Below the pieces are notes generated by a model. It was not told the DNA's origin. It did no database searches and saw only the letters and a list, made by a program, of their open reading frames with translations. From Desulfonatronovibrionaceae bacterium (GTDB lineage Bacteria > Desulfobacterota > Desulfovibrionia > Desulfovibrionales > Desulfonatronovibrionaceae): a stretch of DNA of 33,531 bases. Positions 10,561-19,427 of this stretch are shown piece by piece. The position numbers were made by a program, and so were the translations under genes. The stretch spans positions 1-33,531 of the forward strand of contig JBKHGE010000024.1 in assembly GCA_046539845.1 (NCBI GenBank), in the 5' to 3' direction. Every line of letters starts with the position of its first letter. Positions within the stretch are counted from its first letter, which is position 1.

Positions 10561-11499
10561 CTAAAACGAATCCATGTCTTCCAGGGATTCGATGCATTTG
10601 GTTTCGAATTCCCCGTCCGTGCCCAGGATCTGTCCGACCATCCGGGAAAGGACTCCTCTGGGCCCGAGTTCCAAAAAGGTGTGTACGCCGTACTCGTGCA
10701 TGTTCTGCACCAGCTGGTTCCAATACACTGAGGAGACCATCTGCTTGTGCATTATCTTGCGGATTTTTTCCGGGTCAGGTTCCGGGCCGGCTGTGGCATT
10801 AAAAAAGACCGGAAATTCCGGCGGGTTCCAGTCCTTTTTGTCCATGTATCCGGCCAGCTCGTCTGCCGCCTCCTGCATCATCGGGGTATGGAATGCCCCG
10901 CTGACCGGGAGGATTACACTGCGACCCTTTTTATCCATGGCCTTTTTCGTGGCCGCGTCCACCGCCATATCGTCCCCGCTGACCACCAGTTGCCGGGGGG
11001 TGTTATAATTGGCGATCAGAATCTCCCGTCCGGTCTCCTCGTGGACTTCTTGGACCAGGTCCCGGACCTGATCCTCGTTTAGTTTGAGGATTGCGGCCAT
11101 ACTACCGTTCTGTCCGATACCAGCGTCAGCCATGAGCCTTCCGCGCAAACAGACTATCTCCAGACAGTGTTTAAAATCGAGCACCCCGGCGGCGCAAAGG
11201 GCGCAATATTCGCCCAGACTATGTCCTGCCGCAGCTGAAACCGTGTCTATTTTACTGCGCAGATAAAGCCAAGTCACGGTATCCACGATAAACAAAGCCG
11301 GCTGGAGGCTGGCGGTATCAGCCATGTCCTTTTCTTCACCCTCCCAATAAATCTCCCGGAGGGGCCGGCCGGAAATATGTTCGCCCATTTTCCAGGCCTG
11401 CATGGCATCGGCCCAGCTCTCGGCCAGATCCCGGCCCATGCCGGACCGCTGTGAACCTTGACCGGGAAACATTATTCCTACATTCTTGTCTGCAGTCAT
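10561..11499 (-). CDS. fabD: Malonyl-CoA:ACP transacylase
   Basis: FPGQGSQ, GHSLGEY, VSGAFHT, ELGP; GGAG RBS. Confidence 0.95.
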   Translation of the reverse strand: MTADKNVGIMFPGQGSQRSGMGRDLAESWADAMQAWKMGEHISGRPLREIYWEGEEKDMADTASLQPALFIVDTVTWLYLRSKIDTVSAAAGHSLGEYCALCAAGVLDFKHCLEIVCLRGRLMADAGIGQNGSMAAILKLNEDQVRDLVQEVHEETGREILIANYNTPRQLVVSGDDMAVDAATKKAMDKKGRSVILPVSGAFHTPMMQEAADELAGYMDKKDWNPPEFPVFFNATAGPEPDPEKIRKIMHKQMVSSVYWNQLVQNMHEYGVHTFLELGPRGVLSRMVGQILGTDGEFETKCIESLEDMDSF

Positions 11500-11585
11500 A
11501 GGCTTTCTCCTTGAAAATGCAGGTTTGTTTAACTTGAGCGTCCCGGAAAGTCGAGCAGGGAAATCCGGGTTTTGAGGGACCGATA

Positions 11586-12215
11586 ATGCGCCTGGAGGAA
11601 ATAAAGGACTTTTGTATCAGGCAAGGCTTCAGGCCCAAAAAAGATCAGGCCGGGAAGTTGGCTGAATACATGAATATGCTGCACAGATGGAACCGCAGGA
11701 TGAACCTGGTCGGCCCCAAGACCCCCCGGGACATCCTGGAAGGACTCATAGCGGACAGCCTGTATTTGAGTTCCTTCTTCCGAGAATTGTCCCTACCCGA
11801 AGACCCTTTGTCTCTGGACCTAGGAGCAGGCGCCGGTCTACCCGGAATCCCTTTGCGCACTTTTTGGACCCCGGGGACATACTACCTGATCGAGATAAGA
11901 CAGAAAAGGGTCTTTTTCCTCCGCCATGTACTGCGCACCCTGGAACTGCCCCGGACCCACGTGCTCTGGAAACGGGTGGAGGATCTGGACCCCGGCACAG
12001 CGGACATAGTAATAAGCCGGGCATTTATGCCCCTGCAGAAGCTACTGCCCCTGGCCGCAAACCTGCTCGGCCGAAAGGGGAGAATAGTGCTCATGTCCGG
12101 GGAAGACCTGGACAAGGCCCCGTCGGGCTGGGAAATAGAGGCGGCAGTGGACTACTCAGCCGGAGGCAGGACCCGCTACTTGTTTTCTTTGCTTCCCAAC
12201 AGCTGCTCGAGCTGA
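11586..12215 (+). CDS. rsmG: 16S rRNA m7G527 methyltransferase
   Basis: WNRRMNLV, DLGAGAGLPGIPL, ISRAF. Confidence 0.9.
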   Translation: MRLEEIKDFCIRQGFRPKKDQAGKLAEYMNMLHRWNRRMNLVGPKTPRDILEGLIADSLYLSSFFRELSLPEDPLSLDLGAGAGLPGIPLRTFWTPGTYYLIEIRQKRVFFLRHVLRTLELPRTHVLWKRVEDLDPGTADIVISRAFMPLQKLLPLAANLLGRKGRIVLMSGEDLDKAPSGWEIEAAVDYSAGGRTRYLFSLLPNSCSS

Positions 12216-12394
12216 GTATTCTTGAATATCAGCCTGGTGGCCACCTCGTCCGCCTTTTCCGCAACATCCATAAGTCTTTCCAGATAATCCAGTATTTCCA
12301 ATCTCCTGTCTTCGTCCGAATACTCGAAATCCTCTTCCAGGCGGCCGGAATTCAGGTATTCCTCCAGCTCAAAAAGAAATTTTTCGTTCAGCAT
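12176..12394 (-). CDS. Small acidic hypothetical protein (72 aa)
   Basis: AAGGAGG RBS before ATG 12394; helical acidic composition; 40-bp convergent overlap with rsmG. Confidence 0.7.
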   Translation of the reverse strand: MLNEKFLFELEEYLNSGRLEEDFEYSDEDRRLEILDYLERLMDVAEKADEVATRLIFKNTQLEQLLGSKENK

Positions 12395-12483
12395 TCTGTC
12401 CTCCTTGGCGGCTACTGCCACAACCCCTGCACGCGGTCAACCGCTGGTAACATTCTGCCCGCAGGAAACGGAGCACAAAGGCC

Positions 12484-12512
12484 TTGACTGGAAAACGGGT
12501 ATAAACTACACA
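12484..12512 (+). promoter_or_regulatory. Sigma70-like promoter for tRNA-Leu
   Basis: TTGACT-17 nt-TACACA, 13 nt before the tRNA. Confidence 0.5.
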
Positions 12513-12525
12513 GAAATCCGAAAAC

Positions 12526-12612
12526 GCCGGGGTGGTGAAATTGGTAGACGCAGTGGACTCAAAATCCACCGAGCTTTAGCTCATGCGGGTTCGATTCCCG
12601 CCCCCGGCACCA
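12526..12612 (+). tRNA. tRNA-Leu (CAA)
   Basis: Acceptor GCCGGGG/CCCCGGC, A73, CCA, anticodon arm GTGGA-CTCAAAA-TCCAC, long variable arm, GTTCGA T-loop. Confidence 0.97.
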
Positions 12613-12621
12613 GAAAATTGC

Positions 12622-12653
12622 AAGGGATTGGGTCTCGGCCCAATCCCTTTTTT
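12622..12653 (+). terminator. Intrinsic terminator after tRNA-Leu
   Basis: AAGGGATTGGG-TCTCGG-CCCAATCCCTT followed by a T-run. Confidence 0.85.
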
Positions 12654-12837
12654 AGTCCATAGTTTCTTTTCCCCAAAAGGCAAAAGTATGCTAACAGCTG
12701 GAAAAAGAACAAATTCGGTGGGCCTTGCCACGAGGCGCCGGGTTCGACAAGCAAGAAACATTACACCAGGGCGCTAAACTCCGGTTTGCCCTCAATTATC
12801 ACTCGCTCTTTTTAATGGCCTGCTGCTTTTTCTCCAC

Positions 12838-13209
12838 TCATAAAATATCCACTAAATCATAAAAAACAAACGCGATCAGCACAGTCCAGCCCACAAAATG
12901 GAAAAAGATATTTCCGGTCAAAGACAGGCTGGCCTCGATGGAATTGAGCACCGCACTTATCAAAAAAACCGTGCTTATAAGCATTAAAACCCCGATGACA
13001 TGGCAGAGCGCATACATGAATCGATTTTTTTGCTCACTATAGCTGACCGAAGTCCATATCTGACTTAATGTGGCCCAGATTATGGGTATGGCCACGAAGT
13101 AAAGAAGCAGATTGTCCTCTTCCGGAAGCTGAAAATCCAGATAAAATTCAAAAAAGCACACCCCGGCCACTAAAATAATCACATCGCGTAACAGGACAAA
13201 GATAAACAT
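12838..13209 (-). CDS. Hypothetical membrane protein (about 4 TM)
   Basis: Four hydrophobic stretches; AGGGGG RBS before ATG 13209 (ORF extends to 13239). Confidence 0.7.
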   Translation of the reverse strand: MFIFVLLRDVIILVAGVCFFEFYLDFQLPEEDNLLLYFVAIPIIWATLSQIWTSVSYSEQKNRFMYALCHVIGVLMLISTVFLISAVLNSIEASLSLTGNIFFHFVGWTVLIAFVFYDLVDIL

Positions 13210-13275
13210 AATATCCCCCTGGTATCCAAGATAAGCCATTTAAAAGTATGTTTTTTGGTTCTCTAAAATATCCCC

Positions 13276-13317
13276 TTGACAGTTTACAGCCCCTATCCTA
13301 AGAATGGTCCTACCATT
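13276..13317 (+). promoter_or_regulatory. Promoter with overlapping FadR-type operator
   Basis: TTGACA-17-TAAGAA; palindrome AATGGT-CCT-ACCATT (13303-13317) fits the TnGT-N3-ACnA FadR-subfamily consensus. Confidence 0.75.
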
Positions 13318-13422
13318 TGGCCGCGAAAATAACAAGCCACGGCTGGGCCGAACAAAAAAAACTATAAATTTTTAGCAAGTTAATTATAAGGACAAATCCA
13401 GAGGCCTGGAATCTATTTATAA

Positions 13423-13437
13423 AAATGTAGGACCAAA
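13423..13437. promoter_or_regulatory. Second FadR-type operator at the regulator start
   Basis: Reverse complement TTTGGTCCTACATTT shares TGGTCCTAC with the first site. Confidence 0.6.
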
Positions 13438-14220
13438 GTGACTGAAAACAACAATCTGAGTTTTGCCCCGGCCAAAGCCGGCCGGGCCAGTGAAGACATT
13501 GCCCTGCAGATCGAGGCAGCCATAATCGAGGGCCGGATACTTCCCGGACAGAGGCTGCCCAGCGAACGGGAGATGCAAACCCAGTTCAAGACCGGCCGGG
13601 GGGTGATCCGGGAAGCTCAGCAGATCCTGAAGCAAAAAGGACTGCTCGAAATCAAGAAAGGCTCCAAAGGCGGGGCGTTTGTCAAGCAGGTGGAAGTAGA
13701 CAGCGTAAGCGAGTCCTTTACCCTGTTTTTGAAACAGAAAAATATCGACCCGGAATCTTTGATAGAATTCCGAGAAAGCCTGGACCGGACCATAACCACC
13801 CTGGCCGTGGCCCGGGGCAGCAAAAAGGAAAAACAGGCCCTAGTGGAAAAGACACAGGAGCTGGAAAAATACGTCTCCACAAAAAGTCCGGATATGCAGA
13901 CAATTGCCGAACTGGATCGAGCCCTGAACATCCAATTCGCAAAAATGGCCAAGAATCCGGTTTTTGAATGGGTTATGCGCGCCATTCAGCAGGGGTTCAG
14001 CTCCTATGACTACGCCTTGTACGATGACGTTGATTACCGGGAGATGACCGTGTCCAACTGGAAGGAAACCGCCCGGGAGATAGACCGAGGCGAACCACTC
14101 AAGGCCCTGACTTATATCGGTAACCACTATCTCATGCTCCTTAAATGCGTGCAGGAGAACAACGGCGACCTTCCGAACAGAAAAAGCTTTTTGGACAACC
14201 CCAAGATTAACCACAAATAG
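13438..14220 (+). CDS. GntR family, FadR subfamily transcriptional regulator
   Basis: PGQRLPSERE...GRGVIREA...KGGAFV winged HTH followed by an FCD-like domain. Confidence 0.92.
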   Translation: MTENNNLSFAPAKAGRASEDIALQIEAAIIEGRILPGQRLPSEREMQTQFKTGRGVIREAQQILKQKGLLEIKKGSKGGAFVKQVEVDSVSESFTLFLKQKNIDPESLIEFRESLDRTITTLAVARGSKKEKQALVEKTQELEKYVSTKSPDMQTIAELDRALNIQFAKMAKNPVFEWVMRAIQQGFSSYDYALYDDVDYREMTVSNWKETAREIDRGEPLKALTYIGNHYLMLLKCVQENNGDLPNRKSFLDNPKINHK

Positions 14221-14236
14221 ACTATCAGGAGAGACT

Positions 14237-15877
14237 ATGCCAACCAAGAATTATGACTACATAATTGTCGGCGGAGGATCAGCGGGTAGCGTTCTGGCCA
14301 ACAGGCTGAGCGCTAACCCCAAGAACAAAGTCCTGGTCCTGGAGGCCGGACACCCGGACTACAAGCTGGATTTTCGCATCCACATGCCGGCCGCCTTGAC
14401 TTATCCTTTGCAGGGCAAGACATACAACTGGTGGTACGAATCCGAACCCGAGCCGCACATGCACAACAGAAGGATCTATCAGCCGCGGGGCAAGGTCTTG
14501 GGCGGGTCCAGCTGCATAAACGGCATGATCTATATCCGGGGCAATGCCATGGACTACGAGAAATGGGCCCAAAATGAGGGCCTGGAAAAGTGGGATTATG
14601 CCCATTGCCTCCCCTATTTCAAAAGATACGAATGCCGCCAAAGCGGTGCGAATGAGTACCAGGGCTTTTCCGGGCCCTTGTACCTGACCACGCCCGAATG
14701 CGACAATCCTCTGTTTAAGGCCCTTTTTGAGGGCGTGCAGGAGGCTGGACACCCTTTGACCCAGGACGTAAACGGGTACCAGCAGGAAGGGTTTTCCCCT
14801 TTCGACGCCACCATTTACCGCTCCAGGCGTTGGAACGCGGCCCGTGCCTATATACACCCGGTAAAAAGGCGGCGCAACCTGACCATCAAATGCCGCACCA
14901 AGGCCACCCGAATCCTTTTCGGGGGCAAAAAGGCCATAGGCGTGGAATATGCCAAGGGCAAAAAGGTGCATAAGGTCTACGGCGGTGAAATCATCAGCTG
15001 CGGCGGGGCGATCAATTCCCCGCAGCTTTTGCAGCTCTCCGGGATTGGAAACGCGGACGAGCTGCGCGGACTGGGCTTGAATGTGGTCCAGGACCTGCCT
15101 GGAGTGGGCGAAAACCTGCAGGACCACCTGGAACTCTATGTACAGTATGCCTGCAAAAAACCGGTCAGCATGTATCCGGCCCTTAAATGGTATAACCAGC
15201 CCTGGATCGGAATGAAATGGCTCTTCGGGCAGACCGGTGAGGCGGCCACCAATCATTTTGAAGCCGGGGGATTTATCCGCAGCAACGAGGAAGTGGACTA
15301 CCCCAACCTGCAGTTCCATTTCCTGCCCATAGCCATTAGATACGACGGGACCGCACCCGAGGCTGGACACGGCTTTCAGCTCCACGTCGGCCCTATGTAC
15401 TCGGACGCCCGGGGACATGTGAAGATAAAATCCGCGGACCCGGCCGAGTATCCCAAGATCCTATTCAACTACCTGTCTACCGAAAAGGATAAAAAGGAAT
15501 GGGTTGAGGCCATCCGCTGCTCCCGGGAGATCATTGCCCAGAAGGCGTTTGACGAGTACCGGGGTGAGGAGTTGGCTCCGGGCGCGGACAAACAGTCCGA
15601 TGCCGAGATTCTGGATTTTGTGGCTCGGGACGGGGAGAGCGCCTACCATCCGTGTAGCACGTGCAAGATGGGCTACGACGAGATGAGCGTGGTAGACGCG
15701 GATCTCAAGGTACACGGGGTGGAGAACCTGCGCGTGGTGGACGCCTCGATCATGCCTGAAATCACCAACGGCAATATCTACGCCCCGGTGATGATGATCG
15801 CAGAAAAGGCCGCGGACATAATCTTGGGTAACACTCCGGAGCGCCCGCTGGATGTCGGGTATTACAAGGCCAAATAG
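14237..15877 (+). CDS. betA: Choline dehydrogenase (GMC oxidoreductase)
   Basis: GGGSAG FAD motif, IHMPAAL, PRGKVLGGSSCINGM, NLQDHLE, SAYHPCSTCKMG; AGGAG RBS. Confidence 0.93.
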   Translation: MPTKNYDYIIVGGGSAGSVLANRLSANPKNKVLVLEAGHPDYKLDFRIHMPAALTYPLQGKTYNWWYESEPEPHMHNRRIYQPRGKVLGGSSCINGMIYIRGNAMDYEKWAQNEGLEKWDYAHCLPYFKRYECRQSGANEYQGFSGPLYLTTPECDNPLFKALFEGVQEAGHPLTQDVNGYQQEGFSPFDATIYRSRRWNAARAYIHPVKRRRNLTIKCRTKATRILFGGKKAIGVEYAKGKKVHKVYGGEIISCGGAINSPQLLQLSGIGNADELRGLGLNVVQDLPGVGENLQDHLELYVQYACKKPVSMYPALKWYNQPWIGMKWLFGQTGEAATNHFEAGGFIRSNEEVDYPNLQFHFLPIAIRYDGTAPEAGHGFQLHVGPMYSDARGHVKIKSADPAEYPKILFNYLSTEKDKKEWVEAIRCSREIIAQKAFDEYRGEELAPGADKQSDAEILDFVARDGESAYHPCSTCKMGYDEMSVVDADLKVHGVENLRVVDASIMPEITNGNIYAPVMMIAEKAADIILGNTPERPLDVGYYKAK

Positions 15878-16097
15878 GGAAATTTGTAAAACGACAAGCA
15901 CAATCCGGACCGGGAGGCGAATTCAGCGACCCGATCCGGGAAAATATATGGGACTCGGGCTACCCGACGAAACCAGGCCGGAAAGCCGGCCGAACGTAGC
16001 TGATTAAGGCTCGGGTTGCCCGCCCAAATCATGTATCCGGGCGCGCCAATAAAATATGCGCCGAATGTCCGGGAAAATCTCTAACCAAGGAGGTCCA

Positions 16098-17042
16098 ATG
16101 TTTAAGAGACTTCAACTTTTAACCCTTACGGTGCTCGCTTTTGTCTTGATCTTCTCCGGATCGGCAATGGCCGCGAAAAAAGATCCGATCAAAATCGCCA
16201 GCGTGAGCTGGACAGGGGTCACGGTCAAGACTGAGCTGGCGGTCAAGATCCTGAACAGCCTGGGCTACGAGGCGGAAAACCTCATGGTTTCTGTGCCCAT
16301 CGCATACAAAGCCATGGCCTCAGGCGAGGCCGAATTCTTTTTGGGTAACTGGATGCCCACCCAGGAGACTATCGCCAACAAGTATTTTGAGGAGGGCTCT
16401 GTCGTCCAGTCCGTAGCCAATATGCGTAACGCCAAGTACACCCTGGCCGTGCCCAGCTACTGTTACGAGGCTGGCCTGCAGGACTTTGACGACATTCACA
16501 AGTTCGCGGATAAACTGGATAATAAGATCTACGGCATCGAGGAAGGAAACGACGGCAATCAGATCATTTTGGACATGATTGAAAACGACATGCACAATCT
16601 CGGGGACTTCGAACTCGTACCTTCCAGTGCGGCCGGGATGCTCAGCCAAGTGCAGTCCTTTATCCAGGACAAGAAATGGATCGTCTTTCTGGGCTGGTCC
16701 CCGCACTACATGAATGAAGTAATTGATATGAAATATCTCAAGGGCAGCACTGCGGATACCTTTGGTCCAAACGACGGCACCGCCACAGTGTATACTAACT
16801 ACCGCAAGGGATTTGACAAGGAATACCCCAATGTGACCGCGTTTCTGAAAAACTTCAAGTTCCCCATTTCCATGATGAACGAAATCATGACCATGTTGCA
16901 CAAAAATGACAAGATGGAACCCGCTGACGCCGGGATGAAATGGATCAAGGAAAACCCGGAAGTGTACCAGGAGTGGCTCGAAGGGATTGAGACCGTAGAC
17001 GGCAAACCGGCCATCCCCGCTTTCGAAAAAGCCCTCAACTAA
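16098..17042 (+). CDS. Glycine betaine/choline ABC substrate-binding protein (OpuAC/ProX/ChoX family)
   Basis: Signal peptide ending AMA; SWTG, GNWMP, YGIEEGNDGN, LGWSPHYMN aromatic-box motifs; AAGGAGG RBS before ATG 16098. Confidence 0.9.
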   Translation: MFKRLQLLTLTVLAFVLIFSGSAMAAKKDPIKIASVSWTGVTVKTELAVKILNSLGYEAENLMVSVPIAYKAMASGEAEFFLGNWMPTQETIANKYFEEGSVVQSVANMRNAKYTLAVPSYCYEAGLQDFDDIHKFADKLDNKIYGIEEGNDGNQIILDMIENDMHNLGDFELVPSSAAGMLSQVQSFIQDKKWIVFLGWSPHYMNEVIDMKYLKGSTADTFGPNDGTATVYTNYRKGFDKEYPNVTAFLKNFKFPISMMNEIMTMLHKNDKMEPADAGMKWIKENPEVYQEWLEGIETVDGKPAIPAFEKALN

Positions 17043-17063
17043 CCGGAAAAACCGGATAACATA

Positions 17064-17109
17064 AATAAGAAGGCCGCCTTGTCCTTGAAGACATGGCGGC
17101 TTTCTTATT
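17064..17109. terminator. Long hairpin, probable bidirectional terminator
   Basis: AATAAGAAGGCCGCC-T-TGTC...GACA-T-GGCGGCTTTCTTATT between convergent units. Confidence 0.8.
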
Positions 17110-17129
17110 GGGGCGGGGTTTATCGCCGC

Positions 17130-17312
17130 TCAATAATAATCCCCTTCTTTCAGGATGTTAGCGACGGCATGAGCAGTGATGGAGGACGCCTTTTCCGTCA
17201 GGATATCCCAGACCTGAAAGCCCCTGTTTTGAACGACCTGCAAAACTTCCAAAAAAGTAGTATATGGATTACGATTCACCTCGGAGGCAATGGCCTGTTC
17301 CAGTTCATCCAA
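17130..17312 (-). CDS. Possible small hypothetical protein (60 aa)
   Basis: Fills the gap between DUF362 and the terminator; TTG start, weak RBS. Confidence 0.45.
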   Translation of the reverse strand: MDELEQAIASEVNRNPYTTFLEVLQVVQNRGFQVWDILTEKASSITAHAVANILKEGDYY

Positions 17313-17321
17313 TCCACCGAT

Positions 17322-18128
17322 TCATATCAAATCCGTTTCCGCCCGGCCAAGGACAGCATGGGCCATTTTTATATGCGGAATGTCCTTCCAGGATCGGCCC
17401 AGAAGCCCGGTTCCGCAGGCATCCACAGTCACCGGATCGAATCCGGCCACGATACGGTTCACCGGCGGAGCACAGATCGCGCCTCCCAGATGATATTCAT
17501 CCATGCCCACGCTGGCATCGATGATAGACAGATCAGGGGCTCGGTACAGATTGAGCTCAAAAACCGATCTGTGCATCTTCTTGTGGAAAAAAGCCTTTTT
17601 CCACTGTCCCCCCTTTTGGTAATGATTGGGCGGAGCCAGCCCCAGCATGTTCTTCATGGCCAGGGTGACTCCGGCCAGGGAATGCACCTTGAGCACAGGG
17701 AGGGAAATTAAAAATCCCTTAAGGGCGATCCGGGGCAAAAATATCTCCGGGAAGACTTCACACTCAGGATTTTTAAGCCTGCGCACCGGCTCGCGGTTTA
17801 GATCCACAAGCTCCAGGCCAAGTTCTCGGGCCAGTTGATCGTAACCCAGTCGGGCATAGATCTGTGCGGTCTCCAGTTCGGAATCGCCGCACCCCTCGGC
17901 AATGACCAATCGAGCCTTGGAGTGGTTGCGGATGTATTCCGCAAGGGAGCGGACCATGTCCGGGTGGGTGGTCACCGGAAAAGGCGAGGAATTGACCAGA
18001 TTGGGCTTGATAATTATCAGTTTACGCCTTTTAAATACCTTGTCCGCCCCCAGGGCATCCAGGCAGGAGGGGATTGTCTCCTGATAACCGGCAAACTCCC
18101 TGACCATTGATCCCTGACCCGGATTCAT
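17322..18128 (-). CDS. DUF362 domain protein (predicted Fe-S associated)
   Basis: IKPNLV, TTHP, IAEG, SLPVLKVH, TLAMKNMLG, DPVTVDA. Confidence 0.88.
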   Translation of the reverse strand: MNPGQGSMVREFAGYQETIPSCLDALGADKVFKRRKLIIIKPNLVNSSPFPVTTHPDMVRSLAEYIRNHSKARLVIAEGCGDSELETAQIYARLGYDQLARELGLELVDLNREPVRRLKNPECEVFPEIFLPRIALKGFLISLPVLKVHSLAGVTLAMKNMLGLAPPNHYQKGGQWKKAFFHKKMHRSVFELNLYRAPDLSIIDASVGMDEYHLGGAICAPPVNRIVAGFDPVTVDACGTGLLGRSWKDIPHIKMAHAVLGRAETDLI

Positions 18129-18234
18129 TTTCTGGCTCCGAGGCTAAAGATAAAAGCATCCGGTCCGCTCTGGACCGGGGTATACGATCTATGGACCATA
18201 AAAACCGGATCCTTATCTTGAGGTGAATACAAAA

Positions 18235-18588
18235 TCAAAGCCGGGGTACTTCCCCGGCTACTTCCGCGACCAGAACGATCTCGCCTTGACTGTCCCACCC
18301 CACACCAGCTGTAAAGCCGTCAAAATGTCGCTCGCTGCCGTCTTCATATCTGACCGTGCTCTTATTGGGTATGGTTTTGCCCGTCTTAAAAGTCTGTAGA
18401 GTATGGCAGCCCTCGCAGGGCTTGTTTTTGTTCATGTACAGTTTGTGGCATTTGTGTCCTTTGGGCTCGATGCCGGCTACCTCGGCCGCCTTTTTGTTCG
18501 CCCAAACGATGTTCAGTTCTCTGTCGAGAACGATAACTACCTGGGATATCTCCTGCACGATCTTCTCGAAATCTATTTTTTCCGGCAT
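18235..18588 (-). CDS. Stand-alone PAS domain protein
   Basis: IVLDRELNIVWANKKA PAS entry plus KCH...PCEGC; AGGAG RBS. Confidence 0.8.
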   Translation of the reverse strand: MPEKIDFEKIVQEISQVVIVLDRELNIVWANKKAAEVAGIEPKGHKCHKLYMNKNKPCEGCHTLQTFKTGKTIPNKSTVRYEDGSERHFDGFTAGVGWDSQGEIVLVAEVAGEVPRL

Positions 18589-18602
18589 AAAGACTCCTAG
18601 TT

Positions 18603-19427
18603 TCAGACTTGACTGACGCTCCTGGACTCCCGCCCCAATCCATATCCACGATCAACGAACCTATGCGCTTCATCGACCAGGGCACAAAATAGGTCCCGCT
18701 GGGCCCGCATGTGCAGCAAGAACTCCGGGTGCCACTGCACGCCGAGCAAAAAACCATCTTTGCCCTCCACCGCCTGGATCACCCCGGAGTCCTCAACCGC
18801 GCACACGGTAAGGGGCTCTGCGGGACGGTGTACGGCCTGGTTGTGCAGAGCATTTACAGTCAACCTGTGTCTACCAGTTATCCGGTGGAGCTTGCTCTGC
18901 GGATACACGGTTATGTTTTTCTGCGGCAGAATGGTCCGTAGCTGCGGGATCTCGGTATAAAAATGCATAAGATCCTGATAAAGGGTGCCACCGAAAAATA
19001 CGTTCATGAGTTGGGCCCCGCGGCAGATACCCAAAACCGGCTTACCGGCTCTGTACATCGCAGCCAAAATCTCCAACTCCATGCTGTCTCTGGCCGCGTC
19101 CATCTGTCCGGAGAGTGCCTTCTGCTTTAAAATAAGGCGCAATATCCAGATCACAAAAGAAAAGAAAAAGGAAAAAATGCTTGTCTTTTGCTTTTTTTTC
19201 CCGGAAACAATACGTTCCCGCCTCTCCTGACCGTAAAGGGCCGGAGACACATCAGACCCTCCGCTTAAAACCAAACCATGCACTTTATCCGGGTACCATT
19301 TGTCCCCCGGACGGATTTTGAGCGCGCGACCGCCGCCCATAAAAACGGCCAGCCCCAGCAAAAAACCGAATACCTCGCCCCCTTTGCGGGGTAGGGTAAT
19401 TGCTATGCGCGGCCTTGGGCCAGCCAT
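18603..19427 (-). CDS. Peptidase C26 / gamma-glutamyl-GABA hydrolase-like class I glutamine amidotransferase
   Basis: GLVLSGGSDVSP, RD..E, LGICRGAQ (Cys), NALHNQAV, GVQWHPE (His-Glu). Confidence 0.9.
   Translation of the reverse strand: MAGPRPRIAITLPRKGGEVFGFLLGLAVFMGGGRALKIRPGDKWYPDKVHGLVLSGGSDVSPALYGQERRERIVSGKKKQKTSIFSFFFSFVIWILRLILKQKALSGQMDAARDSMELEILAAMYRAGKPVLGICRGAQLMNVFFGGTLYQDLMHFYTEIPQLRTILPQKNITVYPQSKLHRITGRHRLTVNALHNQAVHRPAEPLTVCAVEDSGVIQAVEGKDGFLLGVQWHPEFLLHMRAQRDLFCALVDEAHRFVDRGYGLGRESRSVSQV

Noticed and set aside
12700..12790. GGTTCGAC suggesting a degenerate tRNA or att remnant after tRNA-Leu
   Set aside because: No T-stem, acceptor stem or match to the tRNA-Leu 3' end
14279..15418. 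Long antisense ORF opposite betA, and similar ones at 1475-2365, 4255-5097 and 30936-31763
   Set aside because: Shadow frames of well-supported genes with no recognisable motifs
15878..16097. c-di-AMP (ydaO) riboswitch before the osmoprotectant gene
   Set aside because: Only fragments resemble it (GCGAAT, CCGAAC..AGCT); the GGGGACCC and CCGUCAGCUAAC cores are missing
18395..18420. CEGCH heme-c-like motif in the PAS protein
   Set aside because: No signal peptide; such Cys-rich patterns occur in cytoplasmic PAS domains and are more likely metal ligands
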